From IMG/VR virus record IMGVR_UViG_2061766007_000856: 64,000 nucleotides of DNA. One strand, 5' to 3'. This document shows positions 1 through 9,000 of the stretch, one piece after another; the first letter of the stretch is position 1, and each line of letters opens with the position of its first letter. The notes below the pieces were generated by a model. That model saw only the letters and a program-made list of their open reading frames with translations, was not told where the DNA came from and searched no databases. The position numbers and the translations under genes are program-made. This DNA is from an uncultured virus (IMG/VR IMGVR_UViG_2061766007_000856) (Duplodnaviria > Heunggongvirae > Uroviricota > Caudoviricetes).

Positions 1-27
1 GGGATTGTGAATGTATTGATAATTCAT
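1..27 (-). CDS. 5' end of a gene running off the window (MNYQYIHNP...)
   Basis: ATG at 27-25 preceded by AAGGA SD right after the stop of 38..946. Confidence 0.5.
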
Positions 28-37
28 GTATGTTTCC

Positions 38-946
38 TTATATTTCAACAATGAAAAACTCGTGATTTACGTTAACGACCCTGCGTTTCAGCTTTTTGCC
101 AGTATAATCAAGCGTTTCCATCTGATGGGAACGCTCGCCCGGATATCCAATCGGATTGCACCATATATGGATATGGTTTCCTTTCGAATTTACGTATTCG
201 GCACTTCTACGGCCATGCACATGTCCACAGAACCAATATGTGCCGTCATCCATTTCATCCAAGTATTTCTCGGCGTCGAAATAAAAGACGTAATTCAATG
301 GATTGTTCCTAAAATCATACGACACCCCTAGCTGATATGGAACAAAATGGGTAACCATAATCTTAGGATGCTGGGCAACCAGGTCCGTCATCAGCAAATC
401 ATAATGGTCCCATATCTTTCTAGGCTCCTGGTTAAAGTACCGCATGTATTTTCCATCATACCACTTACGTCTCCACATGGTAAATGGATCCAGGCCATAT
501 GTCGGAGGTTCACACCTGAAATCACAGAAGCCGACACATCCCCCGACTCCATCCTGCACCGTTCCGTCAAGGAGGAATATGTTGGGATAGCCCGAGCATA
601 ATTCTTTCATCTTGGCAATTTTCTGCTCGGTTGACGCAAACTGCCGGTTGCTGACAGAATCCGTAGCCCCTCTGCAGGTTAGGTCATGGTTTCCAAGCAC
701 CATCCAGACCTTCGAATACTTTTTGCTTAGCCAGGGCAAAATATGCGTAAATCGCCCAAAATCGTTTGAATAGTCACCCGCCAGGATAATACCGTCAGTT
801 TCCGGCACCTGGTAAAAATCCCAGATATATTCCAGCGTGTCAAAGACCACATCCTCGCTAGGCTCGGTAGTCATCAACCTTGCAGGGTCTACTGCATACC
901 GTTCAAAAAAGTCAATATGGATGTCACTTAGAAGCAATACTTTCAT
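38..946 (-). CDS. Calcineurin-like metallophosphoesterase
   Basis: Motifs SDIH, AGD, GNHD, THF and GHVH in canonical order. Confidence 0.92.
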   Translation of the reverse strand: MKVLLLSDIHIDFFERYAVDPARLMTTEPSEDVVFDTLEYIWDFYQVPETDGIILAGDYSNDFGRFTHILPWLSKKYSKVWMVLGNHDLTCRGATDSVSNRQFASTEQKIAKMKELCSGYPNIFLLDGTVQDGVGGCVGFCDFRCEPPTYGLDPFTMWRRKWYDGKYMRYFNQEPRKIWDHYDLLMTDLVAQHPKIMVTHFVPYQLGVSYDFRNNPLNYVFYFDAEKYLDEMDDGTYWFCGHVHGRRSAEYVNSKGNHIHIWCNPIGYPGERSHQMETLDYTGKKLKRRVVNVNHEFFIVEI

Positions 947-1261
947 TTATGTCCTGCCAATAATAAAACGTGCTAAACATACGAGAATGTATCCAAGCAT
1001 AGTCATCCCCGCGACAGCCAGGATAGTCTTGACAATTATTCTGAATACCGCATACTTGGTACAAAGCACAACAATCAGCACCGCTCCCGCCAGCATGCCA
1101 CAGAATTCCAACATGCCTCGTATGAATTCTGGGAAGTTTACCCAGATGGTACCGATAATCGCCACCAATATGCATATCACCATAATGCCGGCAACAGCGT
1201 ATGCACACCAGGCTATCAATTTGTTCAGCACCTTGTCAGCTTTCTGAATAGTTATCTGCAT
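947..1261 (-). CDS. Small membrane protein (about 3 TM helices)
   Basis: Three hydrophobic stretches; abuts neighbouring genes in the operon. Confidence 0.7.
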   Translation of the reverse strand: MQITIQKADKVLNKLIAWCAYAVAGIMVICILVAIIGTIWVNFPEFIRGMLEFCGMLAGAVLIVVLCTKYAVFRIIVKTILAVAGMTMLGYILVCLARFIIGRT

Positions 1262-1270
1262 ATATGAAAT

Positions 1271-1765
1271 TTACCAAACTGCACGTTCTTTGTCAATGAT
1301 TCCAATTCCTGTAAGCGTGTAGTCCGTAATTTCCTGGACATCGTTTTCGGACTCAGGGACGGTCGCCTCCGCGACTCCAAACGGGGCTGGTACGAGTTGC
1401 CCGTCGTCAAGTCCCTTGCATACGCGTTTTGCAAGTTCACTGTCGCTACGGATGCGCATATCGGCCATCAAGAAATCACCCTTGATGGACAATTCAGCAA
1501 GACCCATTGTAGATTCGTGGTTCAGTTCAAATACATCCGCGTGTTCCGGATCAGGCATATCAAGCCGGCATGGGACTGGCCTTCCATCCAGCTTTTTAAG
1601 CGCCTCCTGAACTACTTCCTTGCTAAATATGCGGTTATTGCGGTTCACTGTCCCAATGGGCAAAATCTCGCTATGAAACACCTTGTAATCTACGGTATCA
1701 GACATTTCAGGTCCATCCTTTATCCAGCCCTTGCGCTCAAGGACATTCTTCAATCCATTTTCCAT
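1271..1765 (-). CDS. T4 gp21-like prohead protease homologue, catalytic residues apparently substituted
   Basis: VNRNNRIFSKEVVQEAL resembles gp21 VNRNKRLYPKRILEKAV; GELNHP aligns to CRLDMP, VSSRG to PAPFG, LTVGVD to LTGIGI. Confidence 0.7.
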   Translation of the reverse strand: MENGLKNVLERKGWIKDGPEMSDTVDYKVFHSEILPIGTVNRNNRIFSKEVVQEALKKLDGRPVPCRLDMPDPEHADVFELNHESTMGLAELSIKGDFLMADMRIRSDSELAKRVCKGLDDGQLVPAPFGVAEATVPESENDVQEITDYTLTGIGIIDKERAVW

Positions 1766-1768
1766 AAG

Positions 1769-2578
1769 TTACCTATCGGAGCCGGGGAGGAACATCGCCC
1801 AATCCTCGAATGGGAACGGGTGCATAGTGTACAGCTTGCGGCAAACGGGGTCCAATGCCCCACCCTGATGATTTCCTACCGGATGGGCATACATGAGGGC
1901 ATTGTATACTTTCTCGTTCGTTGTACGGACGTGATTGGTACAGTAACCAGCCCAGGCTGATCTGCCGAACAATTCCTCGTTTGTAATTATGCAGTCATAT
2001 TCGGCGTTCGGCTTCCACCACCCCTTCTCAACACACTCTTGCACACGTTTCATGTATTTCATAATCAGGTTATTGCTGACTATGCTTGCAAGAGGGAATT
2101 CCGCATCGCCCGGACAGTCATCACAGATAACCGGGATAGTCACTTCGAGTGCAAGTCCGCGCCTGCACATTTCTCGGGTAGCATACCAGTACATGTTGCT
2201 GAACAGCATTTCCGGGTCGTCAGTCACCATGAACCGGTCAACCTCGGGCTTTTCAACCCCATAGCTGTCAACAAAGGTCGAACTGCACCGAAGTTCGTCC
2301 ACGTCAAAATCAGCATATGCGCTAAAAAGGTGCAGGGCCTTGTTGGACCTGTATGGCACACGTCCGATCTCGTACACATCTTCAACACTGTACAGGGAAG
2401 TTTCCTCGCGCAGCTCACGGTACGCCGCTTCAATCGGAGTTTCACCTTCTTCGATATGTCCCTTGGGAATATCCCAGGAATGCCGACCGTCCTTAGGATT
2501 GCCGGTAGGGTGGGAAACAAGGAGACGGTTAGTCCCCTTTTCGAAAATGATGAAACCTGCACTGATTTCCTTTGGCAT
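1769..2578 (-). CDS. Nudix hydrolase with C-terminal extension
   Basis: Nudix box KGHIEEGETPIEAAYRELREETSL; SAG and WDIPKG N-terminal motifs as in T4 NudE.1-like proteins. Confidence 0.92.
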   Translation of the reverse strand: MPKEISAGFIIFEKGTNRLLVSHPTGNPKDGRHSWDIPKGHIEEGETPIEAAYRELREETSLYSVEDVYEIGRVPYRSNKALHLFSAYADFDVDELRCSSTFVDSYGVEKPEVDRFMVTDDPEMLFSNMYWYATREMCRRGLALEVTIPVICDDCPGDAEFPLASIVSNNLIMKYMKRVQECVEKGWWKPNAEYDCIITNEELFGRSAWAGYCTNHVRTTNEKVYNALMYAHPVGNHQGGALDPVCRKLYTMHPFPFEDWAMFLPGSDR

Positions 2579-3603
2579 TATTCATCCCCGGTGTTGCTGG
2601 TTTCGTTCGGAACCTCGGACTTCGGATCCCACAACGGGGCATCCGCAGTTCCGCATACGCCATCCTTGGTCACCAGCCGAAGAATCTGTGCAGTGACATC
2701 CGCATCATCAACTATGCTGGTCTGAACTTTCACATAGAAATCCAGCTTGGAGATTTCCGAACGGACAACTTCAAGGTATGGATTCTTACGGGCTTCGTGA
2801 TGCTCAGGAAGCTTTTCAAGCTCGGCAACAGTAAACTGTCGTGTATACAGCTTGCGCTTGAAGTAGAAACCGAAAATCTGGGCTGCAGAATAATCCTTCC
2901 AGAAGTCGACACCCTTTTCCTTAAGCATCGCAACCTTGTCATCAGAATTCTTGTTCAACAGCATCTTGTGGCTGAAATACGCACGGGCGACTGCGGAAAT
3001 GGAATTGCGGCTCGCATCATGCTGGCGCCAAATCTGATAATATGCAAGCACAGTGTCATTGGGGATGGCAAATGCACGACCGTCAAATGCAGGAAGCTTC
3101 GTAAGCTTCTTGTCCTGGTATAGCTCCATGTAGCGAATGAATTCAGCGGTCGCGATTGACGCGGCAAGGGAAGCAAGCTTGTGAGTCTTGCGGCCATAGT
3201 CCTGGGAGTCCTTCGGTAGGACGATGGTTATTTCATCCGACTGCGTATAGCCGTAGCAGGCCGAGAAGAACTCGACCAGCTTCTTGGTAGTCATGCACAT
3301 GGCCTTCACCATGTTCTGGTCAAACGGCTTAGCCAGTTTCTTGGTAAACGTACGGAAGCAATGCCCATCAACACGGATTACCGGATACATGCCATCAGGA
3401 ATGACAGTGTAACCGTTGTAATACGGCCATCCTACAAGAATCTGAGTCACGCCGACAGTATTTGCTGGATGGCCAGTTCCAGTAAAATACCCTTCAATGC
3501 CCTTGCAGACATCGCTGATAGGCGTAGTCTTATTGGATTCTTCCTTCTTTTCCTGAGCCGGATTGCTCTCCGGCTTCTTCTTTCTGAATAGGTTCCAAAA
3601 CAT
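2578..3603 (-). CDS. thg1: tRNA(His) guanylyltransferase / Thg1-like 3'-5' polymerase
   Basis: IRVDGHCF..F...KPFD, YTQSDEI, KLAS, FDGR and WRQ.D..RNS motifs. Confidence 0.92.
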   Translation of the reverse strand: MFWNLFRKKKPESNPAQEKKEESNKTTPISDVCKGIEGYFTGTGHPANTVGVTQILVGWPYYNGYTVIPDGMYPVIRVDGHCFRTFTKKLAKPFDQNMVKAMCMTTKKLVEFFSACYGYTQSDEITIVLPKDSQDYGRKTHKLASLAASIATAEFIRYMELYQDKKLTKLPAFDGRAFAIPNDTVLAYYQIWRQHDASRNSISAVARAYFSHKMLLNKNSDDKVAMLKEKGVDFWKDYSAAQIFGFYFKRKLYTRQFTVAELEKLPEHHEARKNPYLEVVRSEISKLDFYVKVQTSIVDDADVTAQILRLVTKDGVCGTADAPLWDPKSEVPNETSNTGDE

Positions 3604-3605
3604 AA

Positions 3606-3905
3606 TTAACCCACGGGATATCCGTGCTCCTTCAAAATACGGGTTACAGCTTCTTTCAATTCGGTTGCAGTTCCGACATCAATGCTGTTCCAATGCGAAT
3701 ATAGGCTTCCTAGCCCCATGTCTCTAAATGCTTCATCAATTTGGTCATCCGGGTCATCCGCCTCCAGGTTTACCAAAGTGTCGCATTCGCTTTCAATCGA
3801 GTCCAGTTCGCACTCGATAGCATCTTCTACCCCGGAATTCCTGATAGACCTCAGTTCACCTCGGATGGATTCGACACAACAGGAAATATCATCTTCAATT
3901 GCCAT
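3606..3905 (-). CDS. Acidic hypothetical protein (start MAIEDD)
   Basis: ATG immediately after thyX stop with purine-rich SD; fills the operon gap. Confidence 0.7.
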   Translation of the reverse strand: MAIEDDISCCVESIRGELRSIRNSGVEDAIECELDSIESECDTLVNLEADDPDDQIDEAFRDMGLGSLYSHWNSIDVGTATELKEAVTRILKEHGYPVG

Positions 3906-3906
3906 A

Positions 3907-4605
3907 TCACTTCCCCTTCGAAATAACAAGTTCGGTAATCTTGGGAGCCCTGCCGCAGCAATGCTGCTCAACGCAGAACTTCAAGTCCGGGTTATGGATC
4001 TTGTACTGTTCACACGAAGGCACAAACAGGTTTTCTGCAATCCAGGCCCATTCATCGTCAACGGACGCAAGCAGTTTCTTGAATTCGTTGGCAAATCCGC
4101 GGATTTCCTTCAATGCGCGGGTGCATAGGCGCCTGTTCATGAAGTTGATTAGCATGCGGAGGTTGCCCTTCCAGACCATCTTGGACTCCATGCCGAGGGG
4201 GAGGATGTTCGCGGCATCTTCCTTGGGAACGCCAATCAGTCCAACAAGGTCGCTGTATGCTGCCTGGATGGCTTCCATCGTAGAGTCGTATTCGGAATGC
4301 CCCTTGCAGCTTTCCGGTGTGTAGAATTTGAACCCACCCTCGTTCACGTAGCGTGTAGAAGACTGTAACCTGGTCGGACCACCACCGATATGCGTATAGA
4401 GCTCACGCATCATGCGGGCCGAGTAGCCGTCAATGACGATGATAAATTCAGGAAATTCAAGCACGCGGCCATGGTTGGCCTTGATACAGGAAATTGCACG
4501 CTTCTTGTTCTTTTCCGGGTCATCAACCGGCGCATTCCAGCATACACCGGTGCACTTGCCGATAAGTTGCAGAGGGTTCTTTGTAATGTCAATAATGTCG
4601 ATCAT
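3907..4605 (-). CDS. thyX: FAD-dependent thymidylate synthase
   Basis: HGRVLEF, LQSSTRY, EDAANILP, NLRML..F...RLC..A..EIR. Confidence 0.88.
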   Translation of the reverse strand: MIDIIDITKNPLQLIGKCTGVCWNAPVDDPEKNKKRAISCIKANHGRVLEFPEFIIVIDGYSARMMRELYTHIGGGPTRLQSSTRYVNEGGFKFYTPESCKGHSEYDSTMEAIQAAYSDLVGLIGVPKEDAANILPLGMESKMVWKGNLRMLINFMNRRLCTRALKEIRGFANEFKKLLASVDDEWAWIAENLFVPSCEQYKIHNPDLKFCVEQHCCGRAPKITELVISKGK

Positions 4606-4609
4606 AATC

Positions 4610-4619
4610 CAAATATAGC
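4610..4619 (-). promoter_or_regulatory. Putative host-type (early/middle) promoter element GCTATATTTG
   Basis: 4 nt upstream of thyX ATG; similar motif at 4868, 53532 and 56335; resembles FCB-group TAnnTTTG. Confidence 0.5.
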
Positions 4620-4819
4620 TATTTTTGTTCGGATTTGAGACTCTGGTTCAATTTTTCTTCAATTCCAGTGCAGCGACGGTCGTTTTCGACCCTGTCAAAC
4701 CCCTCCTTCACCTTATTGAATGCGTCTTCGGTGAGCCACATGAAGTTGGGCTTTCCCTTCTTGGATGACATGTCGATTTTGCGGGCGATTTTAAGCATCT
4801 GTTCGACTGTAGGGACCAT
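4619..4819 (-). CDS. Small basic hypothetical protein (start MVPTVEQ)
   Basis: AAGGA SD before ATG at 4819. Confidence 0.55.
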   Translation of the reverse strand: MVPTVEQMLKIARKIDMSSKKGKPNFMWLTEDAFNKVKEGFDRVENDRRCTGIEEKLNQSLKSEQK

Positions 4820-4867
4820 GGTTATCCTTGTAAAGAAATGTTTACTAAGCAGCAACTGCTGCAACAT

Positions 4868-4876
4868 GAATATAGC
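4868..4876 (-). promoter_or_regulatory. Putative host-type promoter element GCTATATTC
   Basis: Same motif family, in the divergent intergenic region. Confidence 0.4.
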
Positions 4877-4908
4877 AAATTGTTGTCATGCTGGCATCAC
4901 CGAAGCGA

Positions 4909-4916
4909 TATAAACT
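4909..4916 (+). promoter_or_regulatory. Late promoter TATAAACT
   Basis: Recurrent motif before structural genes, similar to T4 late TATAAATA; 7 nt before ATG 4924. Confidence 0.8.
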
Positions 4917-4923
4917 GTCTAGC

Positions 4924-6078
4924 ATGAATCACTGCCGATGCAAAAAACCACTGCCGCCACTGCCCCCGCCGGTAAATCCGGCGAAACCGTGCAACTGTCC
5001 GCCACGGGTGTACCGCAATCCACCCGATGTGATTGTTGCACCCGGTGAAAACGTCAGCGTGGACGAGAGCCACGATGATGCCCAGGTGAAATACACCGTC
5101 AATGCCCATATCCCCGCAAAGGAGCCGGTGAAGGTTGACCCAGAAATCATGTATGGGGACGGCATTAACGAGCCATTGGGCGTATATGATTACGACGGTG
5201 AAACGGCAGGTCTTGTTCCAGACGCACCTGATAGCGATATCGACAAGAAGTTCCTCCGCGCCGATGGCCAATGGGGAACGATAACCATCCCTGAACAGGT
5301 CCAGTCGGACTGGACGCAAAACGGCGAACAAGAAGTTGACTTCATTAAGAATAAACCCAATCTTGCTCCGGTTGCAACTTCTGGCTCCTATGATGACTTG
5401 AAAAATAAGCCACATATTCCTGCTGATCAGATTCAGTCGGATTGGGCACAAGATGACGACAAAGAAGCTGACTTTATCAAAAATAAACCAGAACTAGCTG
5501 ATGTTGCTACATCCGGCTCATATGACGACTTGGAAGATAAGCCGCATATTCCAGATGATCAGATTCAGTCGGATTGGGCACAAGACGATGAACAAGAAGC
5601 TGACTTTATCAAAAATAAACCGGAACTAGCTGATGTCGCTACATCTGGGTCGTATAATGACTTGGAAGATAAGCCGCATATTCCAGATGACCCAGTTCAA
5701 TCGGATTGGAACCAGTCAGCCACAAATGAACTAGATTATATCAAAAATAAACCCGGGACGTTTGGCCCTGCATCTGCACAGCAGGCTGGTACGGATGGTT
5801 TTGTTCCGGCGCCACAAGCTGGCGATCAAGACAAGTACCTCAAGGGAGACGGAACGTGGGCAACTATCACGATTCCGGTCGTTGCGGACATGACCGGTGC
5901 AACCGAGCAATCCAATGGTGCTCATGGTCTTGTACCACAACCATTAATTGCCGATAGGGAGAAGTTCCTTAAGGGCGATGGAACGTGGGCGAATGTGGAT
6001 AATACTAGGGCATGCACGGTGGCAGAAATGGATGGCTGGCTAGACGCAGTTGACAACGAGGGTAACAACAATGGCTAA
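4924..6078 (+). CDS. Tail-fibre shaft/adaptor protein with Cys/Pro-rich N-terminus and tandem repeats
   Basis: QSDW..D...DFIKNKP..VATSGSY.DL..KP repeats and three G(L/F)VP...K(F/Y)L..DG.W motifs typical of phage fibres. Confidence 0.75.
   Translation: MNHCRCKKPLPPLPPPVNPAKPCNCPPRVYRNPPDVIVAPGENVSVDESHDDAQVKYTVNAHIPAKEPVKVDPEIMYGDGINEPLGVYDYDGETAGLVPDAPDSDIDKKFLRADGQWGTITIPEQVQSDWTQNGEQEVDFIKNKPNLAPVATSGSYDDLKNKPHIPADQIQSDWAQDDDKEADFIKNKPELADVATSGSYDDLEDKPHIPDDQIQSDWAQDDEQEADFIKNKPELADVATSGSYNDLEDKPHIPDDPVQSDWNQSATNELDYIKNKPGTFGPASAQQAGTDGFVPAPQAGDQDKYLKGDGTWATITIPVVADMTGATEQSNGAHGLVPQPLIADREKFLKGDGTWANVDNTRACTVAEMDGWLDAVDNEGNNNG
5296..5753 (+). repeat. 132-bp (44-aa) tandem repeat, about 3.4 copies
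   Basis: CA(G/A)TCGGA(C/T)TGG units at 5302, 5434, 5566, 5698. Confidence 0.9.
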
Positions 6079-9000
6079 TGAAAAGGTTTATGTAAGCGAA
6101 GAAGGTGCAAAGGAACTGTACCGCAGGATTAAGGGTTCAATTCCGGCAGCAAACTCCTGGAAACAATGGTCCGAAGAACATGAGTCATCTGGTACTGGAA
6201 ACTCTGTCTATCTAGGTGAAAGCAATGTCCTTACTCGAAACGACGCGTATTCATTGGGTAAAGGCAATACTGCAACAATTACCGATAACACCGACTACAC
6301 CAATACCGATGTCGTCATGCTCGGTTCTAGCAACTCCGCTACCAATGCCGCAAACGCATACCAGTTGGGTAAAAGTAATACAGTCACCGGAAATAGTTTA
6401 GCCAGCGGTGATAGGCCCTATACATCAGTCAACATTGGAACTGCTAACTCAATAACCAATGAAGGTGTAAATATAGGTAAACGAAATTCCGCGTCCAATT
6501 ATGGTATTTCAATTGGTGAGGGAGTTAGTTCAGATAATGCTGGTATTGCTATTGGACGGTCATTCACTAGTTCATCTGACCCGAATTTTCATACATATGC
6601 AAGTGGTTCAGGTGTAGCAATAGGCAACAACGCGATTGCTACAGGAGCGTCGATTTCGATTAGCAGCGTATATCATTATGGGCCGAATACTGCAAGTACT
6701 GGAAGCGTAGCGATTGGTGCTAATAATACCGCGTCAGGCGAATCGTTTGCATTCGGTAAAAGCAACTATGCCGATAAGTCAGGATTTTCCATTGGTCTTA
6801 ATAATAATACGGCTGATGCTAATCATAGTAATAGAGGTTTGTCATTTGCGTTTGGTGATTCTAACGTAGTCCAACAATATGGTTTTGCGGTCGGTCGCTA
6901 TAACCGTCTTAACGAATTTACAGAAAACGCCGCTCAGCCAAATACATACGCATTTGGTGAATACAACAAAATCATTGGTAGTGGGTTTGCATATGGTTCG
7001 TCAAATACAGTCGGCGAATACTCAAAAGATGACAGATTCCACGAATTAGAAGCACAACACGCATTTGCAATAGGTATTAGCAACAAGGTTGTAGGACACG
7101 GTTTCGCCGTTGGGTGGTCAAATTCTTCTAAAGGTAATAATTCAATTCTATTTGGCGATAGCAATACGGGAAATAGTAATAGTATTGTTGTTGGTCTAAA
7201 TAACGTCGGATATGAAGAATCCAGTGTTTTTGGCGTTGATAACAAAGCCGCTAATACATGCACGGTATTTGGTCGGCACAATACAATTGGAACATTTGAT
7301 GCATCTAAAAAAGAAGACCTCAATAATCAAGCATGGGGTACTGTTTTAGGTGAAAATAATACAAGTACACTAGGTGGATTCAACGTACTAGTCGGCTTAC
7401 AGAATAATGTTGGCCATGAAGCGGTTGCAATAGGTACAAATAATACCGCATATGGATATTCTTGGGTTATTGGAAAAAATAACCACACGCCACCATCCAT
7501 CATTGGTGGTCATGCAACTATTATCGGTTACAGTAACACCTCAACATCGACTCTGTACGGCATTCAAAAATATCCATATGTACTGTTATATGGCATGCCA
7601 TTAAACGTCCAACAATCTATTCATAGATATTCCGTTGATTTTAGCACTCAATATGGTGAATATGTCGAAACACATACTGACACGTTAGCTGCTATGAAAG
7701 CTGACTTGACAGCGGCATATAATTTAATGAATCAGTACATTACTGACGATGAACTTGATACCGCATATAACACATTAATAAACCTTTCTGATATTGATCA
7801 ACTATTTAGCCAGACCGAGTATTATTCTGTATTCAACGTGTATTGGTACAACATCGGAAATTCCGTAAATTCACCGACACCGGGTATGGTTCGTGACACA
7901 ACACCAGTCATGTATGAAAATAATTCCATTATAATGGGTGTAGGAAATACGTCAAACCATTATAACTCTATTTTGATTGGTCTCAGCAACACGTCGCTAG
8001 CACCAGCCGAAGAAGTGGTGGCTACTGACGATGACGGTTTTACCGTTGCGATTGGATATAACAACACCGTTGAACGCAACTACGACATGGCCATCGGCTA
8101 TCAGAGCGTTGCTAAGGGCGGTGAGAACATCGCAATTACTAATTCCGAAGCTATTGGTTATCGAAACCTAGCATACAACCACTCCAAGGTCAACGGTATA
8201 TGCAATATACTCTTAAATGAATCTGTGCTTGATTGCAAGCGCTGGGACGATGAGCCTCTCAAGATTGAGTACAATACGTTCAATACGCTTAATAACAGTA
8301 ACGTATCGTACAAATGCGTCACCGCATCTGAAGGCAATACCGGCGTAACTTTCTTTGGAAACCATTTTGAAGGCGTTAGATGTGAACTTGTGGCGAGCGA
8401 CTGGGGCGCTCATGCCAACGTCATGCTTGGTAACGGCCCTAGAATTGACGATTCGTATAGCACAGTGTCACCTGACCCTGATATTAAAATTGCCGCGGGT
8501 ACTATAAGTAACAACATTATAGCCGATTCTAAACAGCATTTTGAAATTGCTTTAGGTAATAAAGATTCGTCTAATTCCATCGAACAGAACTTGTTTATGT
8601 TCAATGACGTACAAATGCATAACATTAAACAGCTACGTCAGAACATGTTCATTTCGTCAGTGTTCAATGTAAAAATGGACTCTAATGCGATTGGTAAAGG
8701 CTATTTCTATGATAATATAATTGCAAACTCTATTGTTACTGGACGACTTGAAGGAAGTACACTTGTCCCAGAAGGGGTTAAAGCAAATACAATCAACCAT
8801 AACGTGATTTTGGGCAAGTCTAACCTATGCCTAAATAACACACCCGGAACGGTTGAATTTAACGTGCTTCTTGGTCATTCGACCTTAGATGCTTATCATG
8901 AGGACCCGATATGGTCTAATTCTACCGACGGCATTAAATGTAACTTCTTATTCGGTAGTTCTGGCAGAAAAATCAATGACTGTGTGAGCTTTGGTGACGG

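Noticed and set aside
5296..5753. Regular repeats as a possible CRISPR array
   Set aside because: In-frame 44-aa coding repeats without unique spacers
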